Assembly: GCA_001513185.1 (NCBI GenBank)
Contig: LFST01000046.1
Span: forward strand, 18,161 to 82,160
Reading direction: 5' to 3'
DNA length: 64,000 nucleotides
Origin: Candidatus Fermentithermobacillaceae bacterium DTU015
GTDB lineage: Bacteria > Bacillota > Sulfobacillia > Fermentithermobacillales > Fermentithermobacillaceae
Both the position numbers and the translations under genes were made by a program. Under the pieces are notes generated by a model. It was not told the DNA's origin and did no database searches. It saw nothing but the letters and a program-made list of their open reading frames with translations. Positions 1 through 9,569 of this stretch are shown in pieces. Position 1 is the stretch's first letter; each line of letters starts with the position of its first letter.

Positions 1-321
1 GGGCTTCCGGCGTCTAAGGAAGCAATCCAATCCATGAAAAGCATGGATGTGGATATTTCAGGGCACCGGTCGGCGCCTGTGTCTTATGAGAGTCTGGAAA
101 GGGCAGACTTGGTGATTGCCATGACTAAGGCTCACAAGCAGGCGCTTTTGGCAAGGTATCCTGAGTTTGGGCACAAGATGGCCACTTTAGCGGAGATCTT
201 GCCTGAGGCAGGCGGAGACGTCACAGACCCTTATGGGAAAAGCCAGGAAGAGTACGACAAGACGGCAAAGATCCTGGAAAAGTCGATAAAAACCTTGGTA
301 AGACTGCTCTCAGGCCAATAG
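1..321 (+). CDS. Low-molecular-weight protein phosphatase (arsenate reductase/LMW-PTP fold), C-terminal part; 5' end lies outside the window
   Basis: Frame-1 ORF is open from base 1. It carries the ...DISGHRS... and DVTDPYG motifs typical of LMW-PTP / YwlE-type phosphatases. Its position before rpiB matches ywlE-ywlF synteny in Bacillus. Confidence 0.7.
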   Translation, partial: GLPASKEAIQSMKSMDVDISGHRSAPVSYESLERADLVIAMTKAHKQALLARYPEFGHKMATLAEILPEAGGDVTDPYGKSQEEYDKTAKILEKSIKTLVRLLSGQ

Positions 322-351
322 GGCCCGTTTGGGGAAAGCAGAGGTGTAAAC

Positions 352-1503
352 ATGAGACAGATCACAGAGAAAGACTTAATTGCTGCAATTTGGGGAGGAG
401 CCGTGTTAGGTGGCGGTGGAGGCGCTGACCCAAAAGCCGGTTACGAGCTTGGGAAAGCCGCTTTGGAAGAGGGGCAGGTGCTTCTGGCGTCTGTAGATGA
501 GCTTGATCCCCAAGACACAGTGGTCACCGCAAGCTTGGTAGGATCGCCTAAAGCAGGAGGAATGGGCCCGGAGCTTAGCCACTACGTAGAAGCATTCCGG
601 CTGCTTGAAAAGGTCGCGGACATAAAGGCTAAAGCCATAAACACCAATGAATGCGGCGGGTTGGCCACGGTAAACGGCTGGTATCAGGCATCCCGCTTGG
701 GCGTGCCAGTGGTGGACGCACCGTGTAACGGCCGGGCACATCCTACAGGGGTGATGGGATCTATAGGTTTACATAGGGACAAATCCTATGTATCCAGGCA
801 AGCAGCGGTTGGCCGTAACGCCCGCATATATGCCGAGGGAGACTTGGAAGAAGCGTCCCGGATGGTAAGGGCGCTCTCTCAAAGCGAAGGCCTGGTGGCT
901 GTGGCCAGGAACCCGGTGACTGCCGGTTACCTCAAACACAACGGCGCACCTGGGGCGATTTCCATGTGCATAGACCTGGGATTGGCCATGGCAGATGCGA
1001 TACAGCGCCGGCTAGGCTTTGACCCGCTTGTGGCAGAGTGCGTGGGCGATGTGAGCAAGTTCGATACAGAAGAGCGCCTGGCTGGATACTGTGCGGCTAA
1101 TGCGGCAGCCACCTTCCTCAAAGGCGTGCTGCTGTCAGTTGGCACCGTGGGCCACGTGGACATCCAGGTCAAAGGCGGGTTTGACATAGGCGAAGTGAGC
1201 ATCCTTTCCACCAACTCCCAGCAGGCCGGGCAGGAAGTAGTGCGGCTTACTTTTATGAACGAGTACCTTACGTGCGATGTCGGCACCCACACGGTGTTTT
1301 CCTTCCCCGACCTGATTTCAGTGATAGACGTGCATACAGCGTGGCCTGTGGCTTCAGCCAACATCCGGGAAGGCATGGAGGTAATGGTCATAGGCACGTC
1401 TTACGAGAACTTGATACTGGGCCAAGGCATGTACGACAGCGAGCTGTACAAACCCTTGGAAGAAGCCATAGGAAGGCGTTTTGAGGCACCAAAGCGGCAG
1501 TAG
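352..1503 (+). CDS. DUF917-family protein (hydantoinase-like fold), function unknown
   Basis: 383-aa ORF with a GAGGTG RBS 6 nt upstream. Gly-rich N-terminus (GGAVLGGGGGADP) and overall pattern recalled as DUF917. The family assignment is from memory, not computed. Confidence 0.5.
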   Translation: MRQITEKDLIAAIWGGAVLGGGGGADPKAGYELGKAALEEGQVLLASVDELDPQDTVVTASLVGSPKAGGMGPELSHYVEAFRLLEKVADIKAKAINTNECGGLATVNGWYQASRLGVPVVDAPCNGRAHPTGVMGSIGLHRDKSYVSRQAAVGRNARIYAEGDLEEASRMVRALSQSEGLVAVARNPVTAGYLKHNGAPGAISMCIDLGLAMADAIQRRLGFDPLVAECVGDVSKFDTEERLAGYCAANAAATFLKGVLLSVGTVGHVDIQVKGGFDIGEVSILSTNSQQAGQEVVRLTFMNEYLTCDVGTHTVFSFPDLISVIDVHTAWPVASANIREGMEVMVIGTSYENLILGQGMYDSELYKPLEEAIGRRFEAPKRQ

Positions 1504-1754
1504 GCTGGGCAGGTTGTGGTGATAGGTGATATATGGGTGTAAAGCGCCTTAGGCGTCGTGGCACTTATGGCATCTTGATCGGCCGGTGTGCCGGACGCCG
1601 CTGTGTTGCTTCGATGTTATGGGTTGTACGCTGTTATGCCCATCATGTCGGGCCAATCGAAGCCAAGTGTTGCTTGGATGTTATGGGTTGTACGCAGAAT
1701 TGTACGGTTAGTTGTAGTGAGTTGCAACAGTGAGTCGTACGGAGGCGTTTAGGT

Positions 1755-2195
1755 ATGAAAATCGCAATTGCAAGCGACCATGCAGGTTACCGCCTCAAGA
1801 CTGAAGTGGCGGCGCTGGTAAAACAGCTTGGGCACGAAGTGACGGACTTCGGGACCCACAGCGAAGAGTCGGTTGACTACCCTGATTTTGCCGTAAAGGT
1901 TGCAAGAGCCGTGAGCCAGGGGGAGTCCGACCGTGGGATCTTGGTGTGCGGCACAGGGCTGGGTATGTCCATTGCCGCCAATAAGGTCAAAGGTATCAGG
2001 GCTGTCACCTGCGGGGATACCTTTTCGGCCAGGGCGTCCCGGGAGCACAACGACGCCAACGTGCTGTGCCTGGGCGCCAGGGTGACCGGAAGCGGGCTTG
2101 CTTTGGATATAGTCAAGACGTGGTTGGAAACAGAGTTCCTCGGAGGCCGGCACGCAAGGCGGGTCCAGAAGATCTCAGAGCTTGAATCGTGCTGA
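1755..2195 (+). CDS. rpiB: Ribose-5-phosphate isomerase B
   Basis: MKIAIASDHAGY...ILVCGTGLGMSIAANK..ANVLCLG is the canonical RpiB/LacAB signature. GGAGG RBS upstream. Confidence 0.93.
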   Translation: MKIAIASDHAGYRLKTEVAALVKQLGHEVTDFGTHSEESVDYPDFAVKVARAVSQGESDRGILVCGTGLGMSIAANKVKGIRAVTCGDTFSARASREHNDANVLCLGARVTGSGLALDIVKTWLETEFLGGRHARRVQKISELESC

Positions 2196-2380
2196 TAGGT
2201 TGGAACAGCGCAGGCCTGTGGACTCAGGCCGGCGTAGGCGCATGTCTTGAATAGGCGTGCCGGGGGAACGGGGCCGGCAATGTTTCAAATCAAGCAAATG
2301 CGGCCGGACTAGAGGCGATACGGAGAACAGAAACTACGCCGGTAATTTTTCAAATAAGGACGGTCGGAGGTAGAGGCAAG

Positions 2381-2950
2381 GTGATATCAGATCCTGAGAA
2401 AGACAGCATATGCCTTGAGACCATAAAGAACCAGTGTTTTGAGGTCACACAAGCCCTGCTTGAAGTGGGTAAACTCAAGCCGGGACAGATAATCGTGTTA
2501 GGGTGTTCCACCAGCGAGGTCCGGGGAGAGTCTATAGGCTCTGCAGGCAGCAAGGAGATCGCCCAAGCTATCCTGGATGGTATCAGAGAAGCCCTTGAAG
2601 GAACCGGTGTAGCCCTTGCCGTGCAGTGCTGCGAGCATCTCAACCGGTGCCTTGTAGTCGAGCGGCACGTGGCGGAAAGATACAACCTCACCGAAGTTAC
2701 GGTTATCCCTGTGCCCAACGCAGGCGGGGCTGCTGCTGCCACAGCCATGGGCACATTTGATGATCCCATCGTGGTAGAGAGCATCCAGGCCCATGCCGGG
2801 ATCGACATAGGCGATACCTTCATCGGTATGCATCTCAAGCCTGTGGTAGTGCCGGTAAGGCTGCCGATCAAGAGCATCGGACATGCCCACCTTACAGTTG
2901 CCAGGACCAGGCCCAAACTTGTAGGCGGCAAGCGGGCGGTGTACCCGTAA
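2381..2950 (+). CDS. TIGR01440/DUF436 (UPF0340, YwlG-like) protein
   Basis: GTG start after GGAGGTAG. 189 aa with conserved VLGCSTSEV...CCEHLNR core typical of UPF0340. Syntenic with ywlG after rpiB. Confidence 0.75.
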   Translation: MISDPEKDSICLETIKNQCFEVTQALLEVGKLKPGQIIVLGCSTSEVRGESIGSAGSKEIAQAILDGIREALEGTGVALAVQCCEHLNRCLVVERHVAERYNLTEVTVIPVPNAGGAAAATAMGTFDDPIVVESIQAHAGIDIGDTFIGMHLKPVVVPVRLPIKSIGHAHLTVARTRPKLVGGKRAVYP

Positions 2951-3048
2951 CAGGATGGCAGGATGAGCCGGCACAAGTGTAAGCAGGGAAGACATGGTTG
3001 TTCAGTGGCTTTAGGCTGCGGGCCAGGCTGGAACTTGGAGGTGGGAAT

Positions 3049-3549
3049 ATGAGTCATATGGACAAGGGACCGCAAAACAGACGGGAGCGTCCCGCTTGGG
3101 ACGAATACTTTATGGAGGTTGCGCAAGTTGTGTCCCGGCGGTCCACCTGCCTGAGGCGCAACGTGGGCGCGGTGATCGTCAAAGACAAGCGCATCCTTGC
3201 GACAGGCTACAACGGGGCCCCCAGCGGGTTGCCCCATTGCATAGAAGTAGGCTGCCTCAGGGAGCAGTTGGGCGTGCCGTCAGGACAAAGGCATGAGATG
3301 TGCCGGGGGCTTCACGCCGAGCAAAACGCGATTATCCAGGCGGCAAAATACGGTATCCCGGTGGAAGGGTCGACGATTTACTCAACCACCGAGCCGTGCA
3401 GCCTGTGCGCCAAGATGCTGATAAACGCCGGGATAAAGCGGATCGTTTACCAGAACGCCTATGCGGACGAGCTGTCAAGGCAGCTCCTATCCGAGGCCGG
3501 GATTATTGTGGAGCACTTGGAGCATTTGGAGGATTCGACCGGCAATTGA
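3049..3549 (+). CDS. dCMP deaminase / ComEB-type cytidine-deoxycytidylate deaminase
   Basis: HAEQNAI...[21 protein letters not shown] zinc-binding CDA motifs (H-A-E, PC..C). ATG at 3049 follows GGAGGTGGG. Confidence 0.85.
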   Translation: MSHMDKGPQNRRERPAWDEYFMEVAQVVSRRSTCLRRNVGAVIVKDKRILATGYNGAPSGLPHCIEVGCLREQLGVPSGQRHEMCRGLHAEQNAIIQAAKYGIPVEGSTIYSTTEPCSLCAKMLINAGIKRIVYQNAYADELSRQLLSEAGIIVEHLEHLEDSTGN

Positions 3550-3575
3550 CTTGTCCGAAAGCGGTTGGTTAGAAT
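3546..3575 (+). promoter_or_regulatory. Candidate sigma-A promoter (TTGACT-18-TAGAAT) upstream of tagO
   Basis: TTGACT at 3546-3551 and TAGAAT at 3570-3575 with 18-nt spacing, in the comEB-tagO gap. Confidence 0.3.
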
Positions 3576-3634
3576 AGTCTGCGGGTGCGAATAACCGGGT
3601 AAGTGCCGGCAGATGTTGAAAGGGGCAGGGTAGC

Positions 3635-4678
3635 TTGCAGGCGCTGTATGCTTTTGTGGTTGCATTTGCATTAGCCTTAGGTTTAACTCCTATGTTTCGG
3701 GCTTTGGCCCGAAAGCTTGGGTTTATGGCGTATCCGGATGAACGCAGTGTCCATCGGAGACCCGTGCCCTATCTGGGCGGCGTTGCTATTTACCTGGCGT
3801 CAATTGCCGCGATATTAGTTACAGGGCCTCAGGATCGGGCCACAAGGCTGGCCCTTATCTTCGGAGGCCTTTTCATATTAGTCGTGGGGATCATAGACGA
3901 CCTCTATAACCTCAAGCCATGGCAGAAAGTCTTGGGGCAGCTTGGTTCCGCCCTGATTGTAGTGGCCCTTGGGGTAGATATAACATTCCTCACTGATCCG
4001 TTTACGGGCAAGATCCGGTTTACCGGGCTTTTTGCCATCCCCCTGACAATCCTATGGGTTGTCTCTTTCGAAAACCTTATCAACCTGTCTGACGGGCTGG
4101 ATGGCCTGGCGGCTGGGATTTCTGGGATTACGGCCCTGGTGACCGTGTTTGCATCTGTCCGGGCGGGCGTGCCATCTGTTGGCCTGGCTGCTGCAGCCGT
4201 AGCCGGCAGTGTGTTTGGCTTCTTGCCGTACAACTGGCATCCTGCGTCAATTTTCATGGGAGATGCGGGAGCCATGTACCTCGGGCTGGCGCTTTCAGTG
4301 CTATCGGTTCAGGGCGTGGTGAAGTCCACGTTAGCCATGGCTGTGCTTGCACCCATACTGGCGCTGTTTGTGCCGATATCAGATGCTGCTTTTGCCATCT
4401 TGAGGCGGCGCAGCCTTGGACGGCCTGTTGCCCGGCGCGACAACGATCACATCCACCATAGACTGCTTGAACTTGGGTTAGGGCAGAAGAAAGCCGTGAT
4501 AACCATATATATCGTCACTGCGGTGTTTGGAGTGCTTGGTGTGTTCTCAACGTTTTTGCCCATATCAAGCAGCGGTACTCTTGCAGGCTTGGCAGTCTTG
4601 GGCGGGCTGTTGATCGCGCACAAAATGGGCATCTTAGCTTTGCCTAAGGAAAATGGCAAGCGCGATTCGGACAAGTAA
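3635..4678 (+). CDS. tagO: Undecaprenyl-phosphate N-acetylglucosamine-1-phosphate transferase (TagO/WecA, GT4 MraY-like family)
   Basis: TTG start. Polytopic membrane protein with IIDDLYNLKPW / NLINLSDGLDGLA / GDAGAMYLG motifs of the MraY/WecA family. Confidence 0.85.
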   Translation: MQALYAFVVAFALALGLTPMFRALARKLGFMAYPDERSVHRRPVPYLGGVAIYLASIAAILVTGPQDRATRLALIFGGLFILVVGIIDDLYNLKPWQKVLGQLGSALIVVALGVDITFLTDPFTGKIRFTGLFAIPLTILWVVSFENLINLSDGLDGLAAGISGITALVTVFASVRAGVPSVGLAAAAVAGSVFGFLPYNWHPASIFMGDAGAMYLGLALSVLSVQGVVKSTLAMAVLAPILALFVPISDAAFAILRRRSLGRPVARRDNDHIHHRLLELGLGQKKAVITIYIVTAVFGVLGVFSTFLPISSSGTLAGLAVLGGLLIAHKMGILALPKENGKRDSDK

Positions 4679-4719
4679 GTCAGGACACGCTGAGCAAAGG
4701 TTCCTGCAGCAATTGAAAG

Positions 4720-5934
4720 GTGTGGAAACTGTTGCCCGGAAAGAGCATTAAGGTATTGTCGGTTTTCGGTACCCGGCCCGAAGCCATCAAGATGGCGCCG
4801 GTGGTCATAGAACTGGCCCGCCACTCCCCGAAAGTCACTTCCAAGGTTGCCGTTACCGCCCAACACCGGGAAATGCTCGATCAAGCCATGATGCATTTTG
4901 GGCTCGAAAAGCACTACGACCTGGACATAATGCAAGACAACCAGAGTTTGGCCGACATCACCTCCCGGGTGCTTACGCGGCTTACCCCGGTGCTCAGGCA
5001 AGAACGGCCTGATGTCGTGCTGGTTCACGGTGACACTACCACTACTGCTGCCAGCGCCTTGGCAGCCTACTACGAGAAGATCCCTTGCGGCCACGTAGAA
5101 GCCGGGCTCAGGACAGGCGACAAGTATGCCCCGTTTCCCGAAGAGATCAACCGTAAGCTGGCCGGTATCGTGTGCGACATCCACTTTGCTCCCACTCAGA
5201 AGGCAAGGCACAACCTGCTCCGCGAAGGCATTCCACAAGAGTCCATATTTGTCACAGGCAACACTGCCATAGACGCGTTGCTCATGACCGTAAAGGAGGA
5301 CTATACCTTTACCGACAAGGCCCTCAGTTTGCTGTTTGATTCTGAACAAATGTGCTACAATAATGAGTATTCAGACGGGACTAAGAACATCGTTGTGGAA
5401 GTGCACAGACGGGAGAATTTTGGCAGGGGCATGGAGAACATATGCCAGGCACTTGCAGCTGTGGCCCGGCAGCGGGCGGGGGAGGTAAGGTTCCTGGTGT
5501 CCGTGCACAAGAACCCAAATGCCCGGGAACCTGTGCTGCGATACTTGAGCGGGATTGACAACGTGATCCTGTTTGACCCCTTGCCCTATCCCGATTACGT
5601 GAACCTGATCAGCCGCGCCTATTTTGTGGTATCGGATTCCGGTGGGATCCAGGAAGAAGCTCCTGCTGTGGGCGTGCCTGTGGTGCTCTGCCGGGAGAAG
5701 ACCGAAAGGCCTGAAGCCGTGGAAGCCGGCACGGTGGCATTGGTCGGAACTGACAGGGCCTTGATAGTGGACACAATTACTGATTTGTTAGACAATGAGG
5801 ACCGGTACAGGCAGATGGCTACCGCCAAGAATCCTTTTGGCGATGGGCGTGCAGCGGAAAGGATAGCCAAGGCTTTGCTATATTGGTTCGGATTGTCGGA
5901 GGAAAGGCCGGAAGACTTTGAAACATCTCGGTAA
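4720..5934 (+). CDS. mnaA: UDP-N-acetylglucosamine 2-epimerase (non-hydrolysing)
   Basis: KVLSVFGTRPEAIKMAPV...HVEAGLRT...HFAPT motifs. The true start may be the TTG about 15 nt downstream of the listed GTG. Confidence 0.9.
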   Translation: MWKLLPGKSIKVLSVFGTRPEAIKMAPVVIELARHSPKVTSKVAVTAQHREMLDQAMMHFGLEKHYDLDIMQDNQSLADITSRVLTRLTPVLRQERPDVVLVHGDTTTTAASALAAYYEKIPCGHVEAGLRTGDKYAPFPEEINRKLAGIVCDIHFAPTQKARHNLLREGIPQESIFVTGNTAIDALLMTVKEDYTFTDKALSLLFDSEQMCYNNEYSDGTKNIVVEVHRRENFGRGMENICQALAAVARQRAGEVRFLVSVHKNPNAREPVLRYLSGIDNVILFDPLPYPDYVNLISRAYFVVSDSGGIQEEAPAVGVPVVLCREKTERPEAVEAGTVALVGTDRALIVDTITDLLDNEDRYRQMATAKNPFGDGRAAERIAKALLYWFGLSEERPEDFETSR

Positions 5935-5970
5935 AGGGGGGAACCGCGCAAGTTTCAGGCGCGGGACTTA

Positions 5971-6288
5971 GTGGCCAAGAAAGAACTTGACCTAATACTT
6001 GAAGCTGAGCAAAAAGCGGAAGCTGAGATTGCCGAAGCCAGAGCCCAGGCAAGACAGATCCTGGATGAAGCGTCCAAGCAGGCTGAGCGGATACCTGCTG
6101 AAGCGGCGAACAGTGCCAAAGCCAGAGCTTCTGAAATTGTGGAAGCAGCCAAGAGGGACGCGGAAAAGGCACATGAAGCAGCAATGGAAGCAGTCAAGTC
6201 AGAAATTGAACACATAAGGGCACTAGCAGCCAAGAACTTTGACAAGGCAGTCGGGCTGGTTCTGGACCGGATCATGAAAGCGGTATAA
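5971..6288 (+). CDS. V/A-type ATPase small coiled-coil stator subunit (G/H; NtpF-equivalent)
   Basis: 105-aa, wholly alpha-helical, charged A/E/K-rich protein. It is first in the operon, as ntpF is in Enterococcus hirae. Confidence 0.7.
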   Translation: MAKKELDLILEAEQKAEAEIAEARAQARQILDEASKQAERIPAEAANSAKARASEIVEAAKRDAEKAHEAAMEAVKSEIEHIRALAAKNFDKAVGLVLDRIMKAV

Positions 6289-6330
6289 AGGGGGGAAGCC
6301 GCAGGGTGCGTTTGGCCGTGCGGCGGGTGT

Positions 6331-8316
6331 ATGGCTATTGCACGGATGCGTAAGGTAACCATACTGGCCTATCAAGAGCTTGAAACCCCTCTGTTTGAAA
6401 AGCTGAGGGATATCGGGCTCATGCATCTTACAAAGTCCACTGTGGCCGGCACGGTAGAGCCGCCGGAAGAGATGAGTCTGCACGCAGCGACTCCCGAATA
6501 TGTAGAGAGGCTCTCCCAGCTGGCTGTGATTAGATCCTACTTTGAACGCTACAACACCATCGAAAAAGGTTTCTTCGATATGTTCACGGGCAAAAAGCCT
6601 GAGGTCTCGTATAGACAGTTCAAGAATGCAGTTGTTACCTACGATATCCCTGAAGTGTTTGCTAAAGTTCAGGAGCACGATGAGCGGCTCAGCCGAATAA
6701 ATGAACAAATCACCGATTTAGAGCAGAAATTGCAGGTGCTTGAACCTTGGAAGCCCTTAGACATCCCCTTGGGTGAGGTCCGGGAAACCAGGACTTGTGA
6801 CACATGTCTGGCCATAGTTCCTTCAGCTGCCTTAGGCTCCGATGTCCTCCATTCGTCAGGGGTTCATTACAAAGAGATCTGGCAGGATAAAGGACAGGCC
6901 GGGATTTGGCTGGCGGTGTTTGCAGGCGAAGCATCGCAGGAGCAAGCTGCAAACACACTGCTTACTGCACTTGGCGGCACACGGCTCAACCTGGCCAGGG
7001 AAGTTGAAGCTTACCTGGATGCAGGCTTGGTTAAAGATATCTGCCGTGCGATTGAGGCCCGACTAACTGAGCTCCGCAAGGAGCAGGAAACCATTTTGGC
7101 AAAAGACGCTGAGATGGCTGAAGGCCTCTTGGACATCCTCGCCCTCACCGACTATTACCTGGATAAGCAGAATCTAGACCTGATCCGGAAGGAAGCCGGC
7201 AGGACCAGGTTTACACTGGTGGTCGAGGGTTATGTGAAAGCCAAGGACATGGACTTGTTCCGCGACCGGCTCAGCGTGTTTACGGATATAGAAATAATCG
7301 ATGAGGAGCCGGGAGAAGACGACGACGTCCCGGTGTATCTTGAAAACCATCCGATCATCAGGCCGTTTGAAGCTGTGACAGCCATATACGGTTACCCCAA
7401 CTACCGTGAGCTGGATCCCACTCCTTGGCTGGCCCCGTTCTTCTGGATTTTCTTCGGCCTGTGCTTGGGTGATGCAGTGTACGGCATCATGCTGTCACTG
7501 TTTTCATGGTGGTTTATCAAGACTCAAAAACTGGAAGATGACAGGTTTATGAGACTGCTTATGTATTGCGGCTTTTCTACGATCCTCGCCGGTGCCCTCA
7601 CCGGAAGCTGGTTTGGGGACTTCCCCGTATCGTTCCTGAAGGGCACTTTGATTGAAAGGATAACCTCAAGCATTGTGGTTTTGGATCCGATTAACGACCC
7701 CATGACCCTGCTCTTGGTATCTCTTGCATTTGGGATCGTCCACATTTGGGTAGGGATTATCGTAAAAATGGTAGGCACTATCCGGGCCGGTCAACTAGCC
7801 GACGGGATTATGGACCACGGATCTTGGGTTGTGTTCCTGCCAGGGATGGTTCTGTGGGGCTTGTCCAAAGTAGGCATCATCCAAAGCAATATTCCCCTTT
7901 ACATCATGGCCGCAGGTGCTGTGTTGGTCATGATTTCGGGCGGCCGCAGCCAAAAGAATATCTTGCTCAAACCCATATCTGCTGTAGGCCGCTTCTATGA
8001 CATCGTGGGCTATTTTTCAGACGTGCTTTCATATGCCCGTATTCTCGCGCTTATGCTCGCCAGCGCCATCATCGGTGTGGTGGTAAACACCATTTCCAGG
8101 CTGGTGGTGGACATGTTGCCGGGAGTGGGCTGGGTGGTTATCCCGGTAATTCTGGCGTTCGGGCACTTGCTGAACTTGGCAATCAACGCACTGGGTAGCT
8201 TTGTACACTCAGGGCGATTGCAATATGTTGAATTCTTCAGCAAATTCTTCGAGGGGGGTGGAACGCCGTTTAGGCCACTTAGAAGGGTGAGGGAAAACAT
8301 ATCGCTAACCGATTGA
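6331..8316 (+). CDS. atpI: V-type ATPase subunit I (membrane a-subunit)
   Basis: 661 aa with a hydrophilic N-terminal half and a polytopic C-terminal half. Sits directly upstream of the proteolipid gene. Confidence 0.88.
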   Translation: MAIARMRKVTILAYQELETPLFEKLRDIGLMHLTKSTVAGTVEPPEEMSLHAATPEYVERLSQLAVIRSYFERYNTIEKGFFDMFTGKKPEVSYRQFKNAVVTYDIPEVFAKVQEHDERLSRINEQITDLEQKLQVLEPWKPLDIPLGEVRETRTCDTCLAIVPSAALGSDVLHSSGVHYKEIWQDKGQAGIWLAVFAGEASQEQAANTLLTALGGTRLNLAREVEAYLDAGLVKDICRAIEARLTELRKEQETILAKDAEMAEGLLDILALTDYYLDKQNLDLIRKEAGRTRFTLVVEGYVKAKDMDLFRDRLSVFTDIEIIDEEPGEDDDVPVYLENHPIIRPFEAVTAIYGYPNYRELDPTPWLAPFFWIFFGLCLGDAVYGIMLSLFSWWFIKTQKLEDDRFMRLLMYCGFSTILAGALTGSWFGDFPVSFLKGTLIERITSSIVVLDPINDPMTLLLVSLAFGIVHIWVGIIVKMVGTIRAGQLADGIMDHGSWVVFLPGMVLWGLSKVGIIQSNIPLYIMAAGAVLVMISGGRSQKNILLKPISAVGRFYDIVGYFSDVLSYARILALMLASAIIGVVVNTISRLVVDMLPGVGWVVIPVILAFGHLLNLAINALGSFVHSGRLQYVEFFSKFFEGGGTPFRPLRRVRENISLTD

Positions 8317-8379
8317 AAATTGTGTTCAGATATCATGAGATAACCACAGTAACGCAACAAAGACTGGGAGGGAACGTTT

Positions 8380-8940
8380 GTGTTTAAAGGAATGGTAGGA
8401 AGCTGGACTCTTGTGGGAATTGGCCTTCTCGTAGGGTGTCTGGTTTTGGGTGCGTTTTTCGGTGAGCAGTTGGGCGGTAACGTGCTGGCACTTATGGGCG
8501 CAGGACTTGCAGTAGTGCTTGGCGGTATCGGCTCAATCGTTGGTGTGGGCGTTGCAGGCGAAAAAGCTGCAGGAATCACTGCCGAAGACCCGGACAACTT
8601 CGGCCGTGTACTCCCCTTGCAAGCTCTTCCCGGAACCCAGGGCATTTACGGATTCTTGGTGGCGTTCCTTGCCTTGATTAAGATGAATGCTTTTGGCGGG
8701 GTTCTGTCTCTTACCCTCGAGCAAGGATGGCAAGTATTCTTTGCATGTCTTCCTGCAGGTGTATCCGGCCTCATCTCTGCGCTGTATCAGGCAAAGGTTT
8801 CCCTTGCAGGTATGGATATCGCAGCCCAGAAACCTGAAGAGTCAGGTAAAGGTATGATCCTGTCAGCTATGGTAGAGACCTACGCAGTGTTGGGACTGCT
8901 TACGTCCATCCTGCTGATCATGTTTGCAGTTAAGATCTAG
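8380..8940 (+). CDS. atpK: V-type ATPase proteolipid subunit K (duplicated 16-kDa c-subunit)
   Basis: 186-aa, four-helix, Gly/Ala-rich proteolipid. Conserved carboxylate in the last helix (MVETYAVLGLL). PGTQG motif in helix 2. Confidence 0.88.
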   Translation: MFKGMVGSWTLVGIGLLVGCLVLGAFFGEQLGGNVLALMGAGLAVVLGGIGSIVGVGVAGEKAAGITAEDPDNFGRVLPLQALPGTQGIYGFLVAFLALIKMNAFGGVLSLTLEQGWQVFFACLPAGVSGLISALYQAKVSLAGMDIAAQKPEESGKGMILSAMVETYAVLGLLTSILLIMFAVKI

Positions 8941-8951
8941 GGGGAAACAAC

Positions 8952-9569
8952 ATGCCCTTGGAAGACATTTTGGAGAAAATTAGCGAAAGAGCGGCATCAC
9001 TTAAGCAGGAAATCCTGGCTTCTGCAAAGGCCGATGCTGAATCCAGGATACAGGCGGCCAGGGAAGAAGCTTCCCGGATAGAGGCGGAAATCATAAGGGA
9101 AGCCCAGGTCGAGGCCGAGCAGATAAGGAGCATTGCCGCTTCCCGGAGCGATATGCAGCAAAAGCAGATGCTCCTCGGGGTAAAGCAAGAACTCATCTCT
9201 CAGGTATTCGACGAAGCTGTGAAACGTTTGGCTGACCTGCCGGGGGACGAGTACCGGGCGCTGCTCATCGACTTGATCGGGCGGAAAGCTGATGGTACGG
9301 AGGAACTCATTTTGAGCAAACACGACGAATCCAGGCTGGGCGCTGATTTTGGCGATGCAGTCAACGAGGCACTTAAGGCCCAAGGAAAGACAGCTAATCT
9401 CAGGCTTTCATACGTCCCTGACGGGCTAGGCGGCGGCTTTATAGTGAAAAAGGGCCTTGTGGCTGATAACGTGACATTCCCTGCAATCTTGAGACTGATA
9501 AGAGAAGACCTTGAAATAGAACTGGCCAGGATACTGTTTGAGGAGCCAGAGAGGGAGAGTGCGACTTGA
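8952..9569 (+). CDS. atpE: V-type ATPase subunit E
   Basis: 205-aa helical protein with an EAExIxxEAxxEAE N-terminus, at the expected operon position. Confidence 0.8.
   Translation: MPLEDILEKISERAASLKQEILASAKADAESRIQAAREEASRIEAEIIREAQVEAEQIRSIAASRSDMQQKQMLLGVKQELISQVFDEAVKRLADLPGDEYRALLIDLIGRKADGTEELILSKHDESRLGADFGDAVNEALKAQGKTANLRLSYVPDGLGGGFIVKKGLVADNVTFPAILRLIREDLEIELARILFEEPERESAT

Noticed and set aside
1533-1733. 66-aa ORF (MGVKRLRRRGTYG...) in the rpiB leader
   Set aside because: It has no RBS, a Cys/Arg-rich improbable composition, and it overlaps the 28-bp direct repeats. The repeats make it look like non-coding regulatory DNA. It is reported as a repeat finding instead.
2350-3237. 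295-aa minus-strand ORF, one of many long antisense ORFs (others include 4447-5349, 8010-8645, 9200-9850, 13856-14485, 14868-15467, 20513-21160, 25962-26621, 33484-34029, 52841-53701)
   Set aside because: Each lies antisense to a confidently identified conserved gene and has S/T/P/R-rich composition. These are the usual GC-rich antisense artefacts.
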